Source: a virus. From it: 64,000 nucleotides of DNA. The stretch's first letter is position 1. Every line of letters begins with the position of its first letter. Of the stretch, positions 1 to 9,199 are shown one piece after another. The DNA is taken from the IMG/VR virus record IMGVR_UViG_3300012930_000012, positions 1 to 64,000 of that record; one strand, written 5' to 3'. Made by a program: the position numbers and the translations under genes. The notes under the pieces were generated by a model. The model made no database searches, was not told where the DNA came from, and worked only from the letters and a program-made list of their open reading frames with translations.

Positions 1-13
1 AATGCGAACTGCG

Positions 14-754
14 TCACTGTTGCAAGCTCCCGGTGCCCGGGGAAAAGCCAAACGGCGCCGCGGCGTTCGATCCAGACGGACTCTGGGCGGCCGGCACCGT
101 GACACCTGTGGCCAGCGATGGGGGTAGGCCGACCGTGGGTTCGCCTCCGGACCAGGCCGGCTGGCTCTTAAAGGCGGTGGCCGCCGTTATCTTGTTCATG
201 AGGTTGTTCTGGGATTGCACAGCCTGTGACAACGTCAGCAACGGCTGGATGAAATCCCAGCGCCATTCCGACTGAGCCTGGGCCGGACCCGCCGACGTTT
301 GCTTCAATAGCTTAAGCAAGCAATCGGTGAAGATGAAGGAAGGCGTGGCTATCGTGTACGTGCCGCCGGACAGGTTGTGCTTCGTGAGCTGCGCCTGGAG
401 GTTGGTCATCGTTGCCAGCAACAGCGAATAACCCCCTGATTCACGCACCGGGCATATCATCCGCAAGGACACCGCCAGAGGGTTTTCAATAACGGCATTG
501 GCCGCGACCGATTGGTTGGCGTACGGGTACAGCGCGGCATCCTGATCCGCGAGCGATGCATCCAGCGGTATGTACTGGGCAAAGAAATCATCCAAGCCCA
601 AGTCACCGGCATTGGACAAAAGGCCGCCCGAAAAATTGTCGGGATTGGTGAGACTGATGATGGGGAGCATACCGCCCTCAACATTCTCGGCTAACCCATG
701 CGTTAGCATGATTGGGCAAACCTGGTAGTTGAGCTGGAAGCTGGCGCGATCCAT
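14..754 (-). CDS. Tail tube initiator/baseplate hub-like protein
   Basis: Directly after tape measure; YQVCPIML..G motif recalled from this myophage module. Confidence 0.55.
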   Translation of the reverse strand: MDRASFQLNYQVCPIMLTHGLAENVEGGMLPIISLTNPDNFSGGLLSNAGDLGLDDFFAQYIPLDASLADQDAALYPYANQSVAANAVIENPLAVSLRMICPVRESGGYSLLLATMTNLQAQLTKHNLSGGTYTIATPSFIFTDCLLKLLKQTSAGPAQAQSEWRWDFIQPLLTLSQAVQSQNNLMNKITAATAFKSQPAWSGGEPTVGLPPSLATGVTVPAAQSPSGSNAAAPFGFSPGTGSLQQ

Positions 755-755
755 G

Positions 756-2465
756 TCACTGCACCGCGAGCTGGCTGGTGGTGACGATGGCGCTGCCGCC
801 CGTGTTGTTAAGAATAGTAATCACGACTTTCGGGCTGATGTTCGACTTAGAATTTTCCTGCTTGGTCATGGCGGAAATGAGCGTTGATAGCACACCCTTG
901 TCCTGTAGGTTCAAGGCTTGGTCTGGCCCAAAGCCGGTGCGATTGGATATATTTTTGATGCTAGTAGCCGTGTCATTTTCGCTGTTGGGCGAGTACTTGG
1001 AGACAAATTGCCTAATGGTGTTCAACTTGTCCCGGTCCTGGTACAGCCGCAACTGGTCGGCCATAGCCTGGATGCCCGCCTCCATGGTGGGGAACTGAGC
1101 AAACCCACCCACGGTGGGCATGTTACGCCACCGCCGAAGATTGCCCGGATTATTAAGGGCAGAGCCAGGGGGTTTGTTGCGGCTACCCTCCAGGACGCCA
1201 AAACCTTGCGGCACCACGCGGCCCCTATCTAGTCCAAGATCGGGGACCACGTGCCAGCGTTGAAGGAGTGATTTCTTTTGCGGGACGAAGGTGGTGTTGG
1301 GCGGGAGAGGAGTAAACGGGCCGGAACCACCACCAACCCCTAGCCACTGCAGCGCGCTGTGGATGGCGTGCGCGAGCGCGGCGATGTCCTCGACAAATGT
1401 GCGCGTATCCTGTTGGAACTTATCCGAGGCTATGTAGTTGGCGAAGCCTTCCAACCCTTTCGCCAGGTCGCCCATCCATTCTTGGAGCTTGGGGCTGGAG
1501 GAGAAGGTCTTAACGGCGTTCGCAAATCCGTCGGATAGTTTATCCAAGACACCTGACTTAATGAGCGGGTCTAGGCCCGTGATGAACGCTGATTGAATCT
1601 TCTTGCCGGCAAGCTCGAGCTGGTAGTTGAAGTCTTGCCAACGCTTAAGCGTGCGGTCATCAAAATCTAGGGCCTGTGCGCGCCCGCCAAAGCTGCGCGT
1701 CTGTTCTGATAATTCATCTTGCGACGTGTTGCGCAAGCGCCGGAAATCTTCCAGCGAAAGGAACTGCCCGGCACCCGTCGCCTGCATCACCTGGGCTAGC
1801 TGGTCGGCCGGTGTGCGGTCGGCAAGTGACTTAAGGCGCTGAAGGGCGCGGACCGATACCTGGGCAGTATCCCCCTGTTGTTCGGCGCCAGTGAGCCCTA
1901 TGCCACCCAGGAACGCGCGCTTGCTCTGGTCCGATAAGGCTTCCGCCACCGAGCTTAGAAAGCTGTTGGGGTCCACGAAGCGTCCAAAGTTGACACCGAA
2001 CGCTTGCTGGGCACCGTAACCCACACCCAGGCCCAGCGCGGAGCGCCTGCCGGCGCCCACGGCACCCGCCAGGCGGTCCAGGCCGAACAAGCTCCCCGCG
2101 CCAACCAAGCCGGTGGCTATGCTACCAAGGGCCGTCCAGCGGAGGAGGTTTCGCGTTATGTCCGCGGCGCTCCGTGCTGTGTTTTTGGACCACTCGGAAA
2201 TGCGCCGCCATGACTTCTCAAACTTGGAGAGGGAGTCGGCTTCCTTGTTCTCGCTTTTTTCCCGCTTCTTGGAAAGCTCGGCTTGCGCCAGCATGGCCGC
2301 AACTATGGACTCGAAGCCCGTGCGCTGGGTGGCCACGGCCTTGTTCACCTTAGCCCAGTCGGCCGGCATCTTGCCCAGCGCCGTTTGGTATTTGGTCCAA
2401 AGCGCGTGGAAGCGGGTAAAAGCCGCATCGTTGATGTCGATGTCGATTGTGCTTTTTACTGTCAC
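756..2465 (-). CDS. Tape measure protein with C-terminal lysozyme-like domain
   Basis: Helical Ala/Gly-rich body after chaperone; C-terminal NNPGNLR...F.T.EAG...KYSP..ENDT motif. Confidence 0.8.
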   Translation of the reverse strand: MTVKSTIDIDINDAAFTRFHALWTKYQTALGKMPADWAKVNKAVATQRTGFESIVAAMLAQAELSKKREKSENKEADSLSKFEKSWRRISEWSKNTARSAADITRNLLRWTALGSIATGLVGAGSLFGLDRLAGAVGAGRRSALGLGVGYGAQQAFGVNFGRFVDPNSFLSSVAEALSDQSKRAFLGGIGLTGAEQQGDTAQVSVRALQRLKSLADRTPADQLAQVMQATGAGQFLSLEDFRRLRNTSQDELSEQTRSFGGRAQALDFDDRTLKRWQDFNYQLELAGKKIQSAFITGLDPLIKSGVLDKLSDGFANAVKTFSSSPKLQEWMGDLAKGLEGFANYIASDKFQQDTRTFVEDIAALAHAIHSALQWLGVGGGSGPFTPLPPNTTFVPQKKSLLQRWHVVPDLGLDRGRVVPQGFGVLEGSRNKPPGSALNNPGNLRRWRNMPTVGGFAQFPTMEAGIQAMADQLRLYQDRDKLNTIRQFVSKYSPNSENDTATSIKNISNRTGFGPDQALNLQDKGVLSTLISAMTKQENSKSNISPKVVITILNNTGGSAIVTTSQLAVQ

Positions 2466-2767
2466 GGCCGGAACCTCACAAGGAGTGCCTGCAACAGGTG
2501 ACGCTGCCGGTACTCAAGAACATCCGAGTACCGAAGGTCATACTGATCAAAGAACTGGGAAAAGCCCACGCCGGTTACCCAGTCGAGCGCAGTGGCGGCG
2601 AGGTTTGGTTCTTCTCTCCAGAATTCGCGTCCTCGGTCGATGTCGTCAAAGAGTTCGCGTACGCCGTAGAGTTTAACGACGTTGTGGACCCACCCCATAG
2701 CTTCGACCCCTCCAACGATGCGTCGAGGTCCTTCCCCCTCATCATCGAGGAGACTACAGTAAAAAAA
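2462..2767 (-). CDS. Frameshift extension of tail assembly chaperone (-1 frame)
   Basis: -1 frame open from T TTT TTT (2761-2767) to stop overlapping the TMP start. Confidence 0.6.
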   Translation of the reverse strand, partial: FFYCSLLDDEGEGPRRIVGGVEAMGWVHNVVKLYGVRELFDDIDRGREFWREEPNLAATALDWVTGVGFSQFFDQYDLRYSDVLEYRQRHLLQALLVRFRP

Positions 2768-3177
2768 GCGAGGGCGTTGTCCACCTCCGCCGCATCGTCC
2801 GCCGAGATGACCCCGCGCTTGACGGCCTCATCATAAGGCACCAGTTCCCACCCCTTGGTGGAGCCGGGCATAAGGATACTCGTCAGGCGATGTATCTCAC
2901 CGAACAGCCCGGTTTGCACGGCCTCCCAGGCCGCGGCACGAGCCTCATCCGTTGGGGGCGCCAACCGCTCTGTTTCTTGCCGAAGCATGAGCGCGGCCAC
3001 CCGGGGACCCGATATGCGCCCAACGCCATCTTCGAATATGGCCGTAAGGGTGCACGCAATAACCTTGTAGAAGCGTTCAAACACCTCCCGTCCTATGGGC
3101 ATGGAGTGAACGTGCACAATGCCCGCGGTCTCTGTCTCCACGGGTATAACCAAATTGAGCTTCCTATTGATTTTCAT
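2575..3177 (-). CDS. Tail assembly chaperone
   Basis: Between tube and TMP; GGAGG RBS; slippery T7 run. Confidence 0.7.
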   Translation of the reverse strand: MKINRKLNLVIPVETETAGIVHVHSMPIGREVFERFYKVIACTLTAIFEDGVGRISGPRVAALMLRQETERLAPPTDEARAAAWEAVQTGLFGEIHRLTSILMPGSTKGWELVPYDEAVKRGVISADDAAEVDNALAFFTVVSSMMRGKDLDASLEGSKLWGGSTTSLNSTAYANSLTTSTEDANSGEKNQTSPPLRSTG

Positions 3178-3211
3178 CCGTCCCCTCCTGGTGGGCCGGA
3201 CCCCTTAAGAC

Positions 3212-3652
3212 TTACTGGTCCCAGAGGTCGTTGTTGATTTCGTAATAGCCGCCAATGCGCACGCGGTAGCCGGGATCTGAGCCATCCATGTTGACCTCGT
3301 CCACCCCCTGGATGGAACAGTTGACAAAGTTGTACACCGGGAAGGCCCTGGTGTCCGGGCGCACCGTGATGGGGCCAATACGGGAGTCCGATTCCATCTG
3401 AGCCTTGTAGAGGCCCGATAAAAACTGGGTTTTGAGAAGGTGTATGGACACAGACACCCGCATGTACGGGTTGGGTGAGGGAACACCTCCCGTCTGCGTA
3501 TCAATAAAGTCCGTCGCATCGCCGGCCAGCGCCGCACGGATGGCCTCCTTCCCAAGAAAGCCCACGGTAACGTTCAGCTCCGGGAAGTTGGGTATGACCA
3601 CGCTGGCGATAAGCCGGTTGAGCGTACCCTGGTCGATTAGGGGATTCGGCAT
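3212..3652 (-). CDS. Tail tube protein
   Basis: 146 aa beta-rich, follows sheath; NP.I.QGTLNRL motif. Confidence 0.75.
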   Translation of the reverse strand: MPNPLIDQGTLNRLIASVVIPNFPELNVTVGFLGKEAIRAALAGDATDFIDTQTGGVPSPNPYMRVSVSIHLLKTQFLSGLYKAQMESDSRIGPITVRPDTRAFPVYNFVNCSIQGVDEVNMDGSDPGYRVRIGGYYEINNDLWDQ

Positions 3653-3665
3653 CTAAAGCTCTCCT

Positions 3666-5297
3666 CTACGGGGCGATGAAGTTGCTCACGTTGATGTTGA
3701 AGATAATGTGCTTGAATCCACGGTTGGGCACATAGGCAACCGATAGGCCAGCGTACTTGCCTATCTTAAAGTCGCCTGGGTTGGCCTTGGCGTACGGGAT
3801 GAACGGCACCGCATTGATAACCGTTTTGCCGGTGTACAAGCCGGAGTTGACGTTATTGACGAACGTCTGCTGATCCAAGTCAGTCACCACAATGTTTCCC
3901 AGCACAAGGCCGGCGGTGATACCCGATGCCATTGTGCTAACAGCCACCGCCTGGAGCCGGTTGATGCCGTCCTGGTTGTAGTAAAGCGGGTTCTGCGGGT
4001 TGTTGCTGCCGTTGATGACGGCATTGGAAATATTCAGATCCGCGTTGATTTGCACCCAGTCAACGGAGTACCAGAACGTAAAATCGTTGCCATCCTCCGT
4101 GGTACCCCAGAACAGCACGGCGTTGGATATGCCACCTTCCGCCCCGGTACCCACCACGTTCACGTTGGCCGTTTCCAGCAACGATAGAAGTGACCCCTGC
4201 CCCAGCAACGTGAAGGGCGTAACATCGAACAAATAGGAGAACGCGAACGGTGTGACCCTCGTCGCCGGCCCAGGATCATAATTAAGCGCCACCCGGAACG
4301 GAGCCGCCAAGCTGAACTCTGATGTTGGAATGCCAGCCGCCGCGTATGTGCTGGCCACAAGCGTACCGAGCACCGTCTCAACGCCTGGGTTGGTGGCCAA
4401 GCTGTAAACCAACGTCGAGCCTGTCGTGCCTGGCAGAGCTTGCCAGGTGCCGTTGTAGCCCGTTGGCGTGACCCCCAGGATGGTGAAGAACTGTCCAACC
4501 TGAACCAGGTGAGGCGTCGTCGTGGTGCCAGTCACCACACCCCCGGACCACGATATGGCCGTCAGCGCGTTGGCCGGGTAAGCCCCGTACTGCGGATTTT
4601 CGATGAGCGTGATCACATCCTTAAACAAATCCGTGTACAACGGATAATTGGTGAGGTTGGTTGTGACCCAGAAATAAGTCTTAGCCGTAAGACTCTCAAA
4701 CTGCGCTATGAGCGCCAGGAACGACGCCACACCATCCCAGCTCCGCGGTATAAGGTAGCTGTAGAATTGGTTCGGCACCGCAGTAATAAATGTGGAGAGC
4801 GCCGCCACACCGGCCGCCGGCTCACCCGCACCCAGCTCAAGAACGTACACACCCTGGTTGGCCCCCTGGGCAAAAAAGTCGTTATTCATGGCCACCAGTT
4901 CAGCCACATTACGCTGCGTGTAGGTACCGGGCACGGTCTCCGCCCCAGGGTTGAGCGTAAGCAAGTAGGTGAAGGTCGTGCCGGAGGCCACCGTGGCCAT
5001 GTACGTGCCGTTGTAACCCGCTGGCACAGCCCCGACTATGGTGGTGAGGAATTGATCCCCCGTGGTCATGCCGTGCGCGGCCACGGTGGCCGTCACCACA
5101 CCACTGGCCCAAGCGAGGGTTGTGATAGCGTGCGCCGCGGGGAGCAGGGGGGTAAGGTCAGACGGTTGTGTCAGGAAGGAAAACGTGCCGGCCGACAGAA
5201 TGCTGCCACCCTGACTAATAAACGCCCCGCGCTTCTGGAGCGTGTTGGGTGTGGGCGCGACCGTCTGGGTCACATTTACGGCGACTATGGGGTTCAT
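3666..5297 (-). CDS. Tail sheath protein (DUF3383-like) with two inserted beta-barrel repeats
   Basis: WYSVDWVQIN...PLYYNQDGINRL C-terminal sheath motif; size and position. Confidence 0.85.
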   Translation of the reverse strand: MNPIVAVNVTQTVAPTPNTLQKRGAFISQGGSILSAGTFSFLTQPSDLTPLLPAAHAITTLAWASGVVTATVAAHGMTTGDQFLTTIVGAVPAGYNGTYMATVASGTTFTYLLTLNPGAETVPGTYTQRNVAELVAMNNDFFAQGANQGVYVLELGAGEPAAGVAALSTFITAVPNQFYSYLIPRSWDGVASFLALIAQFESLTAKTYFWVTTNLTNYPLYTDLFKDVITLIENPQYGAYPANALTAISWSGGVVTGTTTTPHLVQVGQFFTILGVTPTGYNGTWQALPGTTGSTLVYSLATNPGVETVLGTLVASTYAAAGIPTSEFSLAAPFRVALNYDPGPATRVTPFAFSYLFDVTPFTLLGQGSLLSLLETANVNVVGTGAEGGISNAVLFWGTTEDGNDFTFWYSVDWVQINADLNISNAVINGSNNPQNPLYYNQDGINRLQAVAVSTMASGITAGLVLGNIVVTDLDQQTFVNNVNSGLYTGKTVINAVPFIPYAKANPGDFKIGKYAGLSVAYVPNRGFKHIIFNINVSNFIAP

Positions 5298-5321
5298 TTG
5301 AAGTCTGCCTTTCTTAGACTA

Positions 5322-5639
5322 TCACGTAACGTTGACGGTGATCGCCTGATCATCAAGCCCAAATGCGTTCGCCGCTCTGACGGTCACCGCATAGCTGCCG
5401 GCAATCGATGCAACTTTGAACGATAGGACTCCCGTTACCGAATCAATCTGGAACAGAGCCGCATTGGCCCCGCCAACGATTGAATAGGATATCACTGTCG
5501 TCCCGGTTGCAACGACCGTGGTGACGGCTGTCGCGGGAGCCGTCACCGGAATTGTCGCCGTCGGTCCACCGCCGTTCGACGTTATCGTCGGCGGGACCTC
5601 GGCGCCATGGCTTGAAGCCACGACCCCTGGAATCATCAT
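5322..5639 (-). CDS. Cadherin-like domain virion decoration protein
   Basis: PTITSNGGG.TATI.V...YSIVGGANAALFQID..TG.LSF resembles bacterial cadherin repeats. Confidence 0.7.
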   Translation of the reverse strand: MMIPGVVASSHGAEVPPTITSNGGGPTATIPVTAPATAVTTVVATGTTVISYSIVGGANAALFQIDSVTGVLSFKVASIAGSYAVTVRAANAFGLDDQAITVNVT

Positions 5640-5995
5640 GCCAGGTTACCGAACAGCGACCACGTGTTCGCCGCAACCTTGACGGCCGACCACACCGCGT
5701 ACTGCGCCGCGGTAGCGAGCTTGCCCCCGGCGCTTTGAACGGTTGCGCCCGCGCCCGCGGAAAACGTGACCGTACCGACGCCGGCCTGGCGCCCGGTGAG
5801 CACGGTTGAGATGGGGAAACTAACGACGTTGTCGGCCGGCAAGATGGCGGCCTGGCCGGAGCCGCTATTGAATTCCAGCCACTTGCCCACATCGGCAAGG
5901 GCCATCGTCCGCGATGCGGCTGTGATGGGTTTGATTGAACCTGACCGGCGTGCGGTCGTGGCGGAGAAATTTAAGGCTATGGCGTTCTGAGGCAT
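5636..5995 (-). CDS. Fibre adaptor-like beta protein
   Basis: Start MPQNA after AGGAG; C-terminal W..FGNLA typical of fibre C-terminal domains; coupled to next gene. Confidence 0.6.
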   Translation of the reverse strand: MPQNAIALNFSATTARRSGSIKPITAASRTMALADVGKWLEFNSGSGQAAILPADNVVSFPISTVLTGRQAGVGTVTFSAGAGATVQSAGGKLATAAQYAVWSAVKVAANTWSLFGNLA

Positions 5996-6011
5996 GGAGG
6001 CTTCTCCTTGG

Positions 6012-7271
6012 TTAAGAAACAACGACGGTGATTGTTTGTGTTACCTGGCCGTAAAGGTTGCCCGCCCTAACCGCGACAACGTACGTGCCAGGCACCGGGG
6101 GAGTGTTGAATACGAGCACACCCAAAGTAGTGATGCGGAACCATTCCGCGTTAACCCCTGAGAGCGCGAATGTGATGCCGGCCATACTGGACACCACCAC
6201 AACCGTTACCTGAGTCTCCGGCGCCGTGATGGCTATTGTGGCCGTGGGGCCGCCACCGTTGGAGGTGATAACCGGGGGTGCGGAACCCAAGAAGTAGTTG
6301 ACGATGATTGTCTTTATAAGCTGGCGCGCTGCGTTGCGTGCATCCGTCTGGTAGTAACTGACCTCGTAGTCGATGCTTTTGCGCTGGGCGAGCGTGTTGA
6401 ACTCCACCTGGGTACGCTTATCATCGCGCATGGCCGGCATGTTCATAACGCCCAGCAGGTCCGTGTTAACGGAAAACTGGTTCACGAAGTCCACAAACTC
6501 CATGGCATCCGAATTTCGGACGCCATATAGCGTCACCCGGACCATGTCACGCATAAGCTGGGAGTGGCTGAGCTTTGCGTCCAGGTTGGGCGCCGCGGCC
6601 AGCGCCATGGTGCCCCCTGGCTCCACGTGCACTGTGCCATACGGTGGCACCTGGTTCTGGGGTGCCAGGAACGATGGATAAAGGGTGAAGACCGGCCCGG
6701 CAAAATCCTCGTAGTCGGGCTTCACGTAGTTGTTCATGGACAACCAGATGGGCAACGAATTTGACACCACGACATTGTCGGTGTCAATTTGAGTCGGGTC
6801 GTCGATGATCTGGGTCGCCACCACGGAATAAACGGCGTGCCCAACGTAGTGGAAGATGTCCGCCTGGCGGTAGAAGCTACCCCGCGATCCAAAGGCGAAC
6901 CTAATGCCCTCGTGCTCGCCTATGTACATGACGGCGGGGTCCACGATGTTTAGGTCCACGACCTCGGTGATGCTTGTAAACACCACCCGGTTCGTGGCGA
7001 ACGACTCGGCCTCTTCCTGGCTTAAGTCAGTTGCGTAGTGGAACGATCCCTGAGCGGTAAGTGAGAGCTTACCCTCCTTGGCCTTGGGCACCTGGGAGGG
7101 GTTTATTAAGTCTGCCCGCACCCAAAACACGGTCCCATCCACTGGCATAACAAGGCGCACATAACGAAAAAACTCGACCTCGCCATCGTAAGAGATCATC
7201 TCCAGCCCCGCCGCTAGGGCGGCGTTGAGCGGGGTATTTTGCTGGGCGACTGTTTCGTCTACGCTGACCAC
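6012..7271 (-). CDS. Neck/tail-completion protein with C-terminal cadherin-like domain
   Basis: VMPVDGTVFWV and VVSNSLPIWL motifs; position before sheath. Confidence 0.65.
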   Translation of the reverse strand: MVSVDETVAQQNTPLNAALAAGLEMISYDGEVEFFRYVRLVMPVDGTVFWVRADLINPSQVPKAKEGKLSLTAQGSFHYATDLSQEEAESFATNRVVFTSITEVVDLNIVDPAVMYIGEHEGIRFAFGSRGSFYRQADIFHYVGHAVYSVVATQIIDDPTQIDTDNVVVSNSLPIWLSMNNYVKPDYEDFAGPVFTLYPSFLAPQNQVPPYGTVHVEPGGTMALAAAPNLDAKLSHSQLMRDMVRVTLYGVRNSDAMEFVDFVNQFSVNTDLLGVMNMPAMRDDKRTQVEFNTLAQRKSIDYEVSYYQTDARNAARQLIKTIIVNYFLGSAPPVITSNGGGPTATIAITAPETQVTVVVVSSMAGITFALSGVNAEWFRITTLGVLVFNTPPVPGTYVVAVRAGNLYGQVTQTITVVVS

Positions 7272-7625
7272 TTATCTCTCCACGAAGACGCCATCTTCAA
7301 GAAACCCGTGCCAGTGGTAACCTCCAGCCTTAAGCCGGCCAAAGCCTATCGAAGGTGCAAGCGTGACCTTTGGCCACTCTCCCGTCACGTCCCATTCGTG
7401 ATCCGGATTTCTACCAGAGCCGTTCATGCTTCCATCACGGAACCAGATGCACCCTTGCATCCCGCAGCCGCACGGGCAGGCGTGCCCTATGCCGAGTCTG
7501 TCAGTGGTCTGGACCCACGGTTTCTGAGATGTGTCCAGCTTGTACATGAACCAGTACGCGCCAGCTTCCTTGGCGCGCGGGTCAATGCCACTGGGCACCT
7601 CGAAGGCTACGGCGTTGCGGGCCAC
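7272..7625 (-). CDS. DUF6527-like Cys/His metal-binding protein
   Basis: CPCGCG...W...TLAPSI...HWHGFL.DG; GTG start 1 nt after upstream stop. Confidence 0.6.
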   Translation of the reverse strand: MARNAVAFEVPSGIDPRAKEAGAYWFMYKLDTSQKPWVQTTDRLGIGHACPCGCGMQGCIWFRDGSMNGSGRNPDHEWDVTGEWPKVTLAPSIGFGRLKAGGYHWHGFLEDGVFVER

Positions 7626-7626
7626 C

Positions 7627-8073
7627 CTAGTCGACCCATGCCTTGAAGCTGCTTTGGTACAGGCCAGTGTCGATGAAGCTGGGCCGCCGGCCGCTACGGC
7701 GCTTCTTGAAGCGCGAGCTGATGCCGGCCAACGCCGCCTGGGTGGGCACACCGGGATAGCCTATGCGCTCAATTTCGGACCGCGACAGAAACTGCTTGAA
7801 GCGATCTTCAATTCGCGAGGCGCCAGATGCAAAGGCATTGGTGGGGGGAGGTGCGCCTGTAAGGAGCGCCTCCAAAGAATCCTTAAGACCGTTTTCCAGA
7901 TCCTTGGCAATAAGTTCCTTCTTGACTTCAAAGAAGTTGCGCATCACGTGATACTTGTTTTCAAGAAAGCCGGCCACGTCCCCGGTCGTAACCGTAGCAC
8001 TCTTCCTAACACGCTTCTTTGATGGAGGCGTGTGCGAATACGGGATGTCTATGACGCCAAGGTGCAGGATCAA
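7627..8073 (-). CDS. Neck/head-tail joining protein
   Basis: LHLGVIDIPY...RPSFIDTGLYQ.SF motif; TTGA overlap start. Confidence 0.65.
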   Translation of the reverse strand: MILHLGVIDIPYSHTPPSKKRVRKSATVTTGDVAGFLENKYHVMRNFFEVKKELIAKDLENGLKDSLEALLTGAPPPTNAFASGASRIEDRFKQFLSRSEIERIGYPGVPTQAALAGISSRFKKRRSGRRPSFIDTGLYQSSFKAWVD

Positions 8074-8519
8074 TTTAGCCCCCAGATCGTGGGTCCGTAG
8101 CTCTGCGCAATGGACAGGTATTGCCGGCCCCACGGCGTCTTGAGGTTTTGCAAGTTGCCAAGGGTGAAGTTCTTGGCGGCCTCGATGACCTCGAGCTGGC
8201 TTGTACTTTCATCCGATGACGAGGACACCACGCCGGCTGTGAACTGGAGTATCTTCAAGCTCTTGCGCAGGTCCTCAAAGAACGTGCAACCGTTCTGGTC
8301 CGGCGCATAGGTGACCAAATTGTCCCCCGCCAGACCATACACCGCCTGCTGGTACATGAGCGGCGATGCTTGCTGGATGGCAAGGTTGACCAGTTCAATG
8401 GCAATGGTAAACGCCATTGTAATGACCGGCGCACCATCCGGCAGATCCTTGGCTTTAATGCCCATGGTCTGCCGGATGTAGATAAGAAACCCCGCCACTG
8501 TTGGCGTATAGTCAGGCAT
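8070..8519 (-). CDS. Head-tail adaptor (DUF4054-like)
   Basis: GVVSSSSDE...KTPWGRQYL motif; position. Confidence 0.65.
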   Translation of the reverse strand: MPDYTPTVAGFLIYIRQTMGIKAKDLPDGAPVITMAFTIAIELVNLAIQQASPLMYQQAVYGLAGDNLVTYAPDQNGCTFFEDLRKSLKILQFTAGVVSSSSDESTSQLEVIEAAKNFTLGNLQNLKTPWGRQYLSIAQSYGPTIWGLN

Positions 8520-8522
8520 GTT

Positions 8523-9062
8523 CTAAGCCGCGAACTTGCGGCCACCCTTGCGGCGCCCACGTGGCGGCTCACTCTCATCGCGCGTGACCCGCAAGGCTTC
8601 AGCAACCGGCGCACCTTCCTCCCCGGTCGGATTCTTACGGTCATCCTCGACGATCGTCACGTCCGTGTGGTCAAGGTTGCCCGGGATACCGCTCTCCGTG
8701 AGGCTGCGCTCCAGCATGTTGTTGGCCGCCACCGCAACGCGCTCCCGGTTGGCCTTACCCCGGTCCAGCAAGACCGTGGTGTTGCTGTGCAGCGCCATCT
8801 CAATGCCAGCCGCGGCAACCGACTTATCCACGGAGTATGCCAGCCCGGCGAACCCCTTCTTATTCTTGATTTCCTCCGCCGGGATCATGCCGTACTTACG
8901 GTGCTGCTCGATAATGGAATCGACGTCCGCGTTCGACAGCTCACCGGAGATGCGGATCTGGGCGCCAATGGGGATGTGCTGGGTGCGAACACCCGTGCTT
9001 TCAGGGAGGCGATAGGCAAACTCGACGTTTTGCCTGGTAAGGTTGGCGATGTAGAGTTTCAT
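8523..9062 (-). CDS. Conserved virion morphogenesis protein
   Basis: MKLYIANLT.Q...F.YR.PE; follows capsid; AGGAG RBS. Confidence 0.6.
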   Translation of the reverse strand: MKLYIANLTRQNVEFAYRLPESTGVRTQHIPIGAQIRISGELSNADVDSIIEQHRKYGMIPAEEIKNKKGFAGLAYSVDKSVAAAGIEMALHSNTTVLLDRGKANRERVAVAANNMLERSLTESGIPGNLDHTDVTIVEDDRKNPTGEEGAPVAEALRVTRDESEPPRGRRKGGRKFAA

Positions 9063-9199
9063 ATTGGTTGCTCCTGGGTTTAAGGCTACGGCAGTTTCTC
9101 TCCCACTGCCAAAGTCACGCTACTGAATTCTCCAAATCAATCGTCCAGGAGTGGCCGCATGAATTGGAAGGGACCAGCACGTTCTGTCCCCAGTCACGT

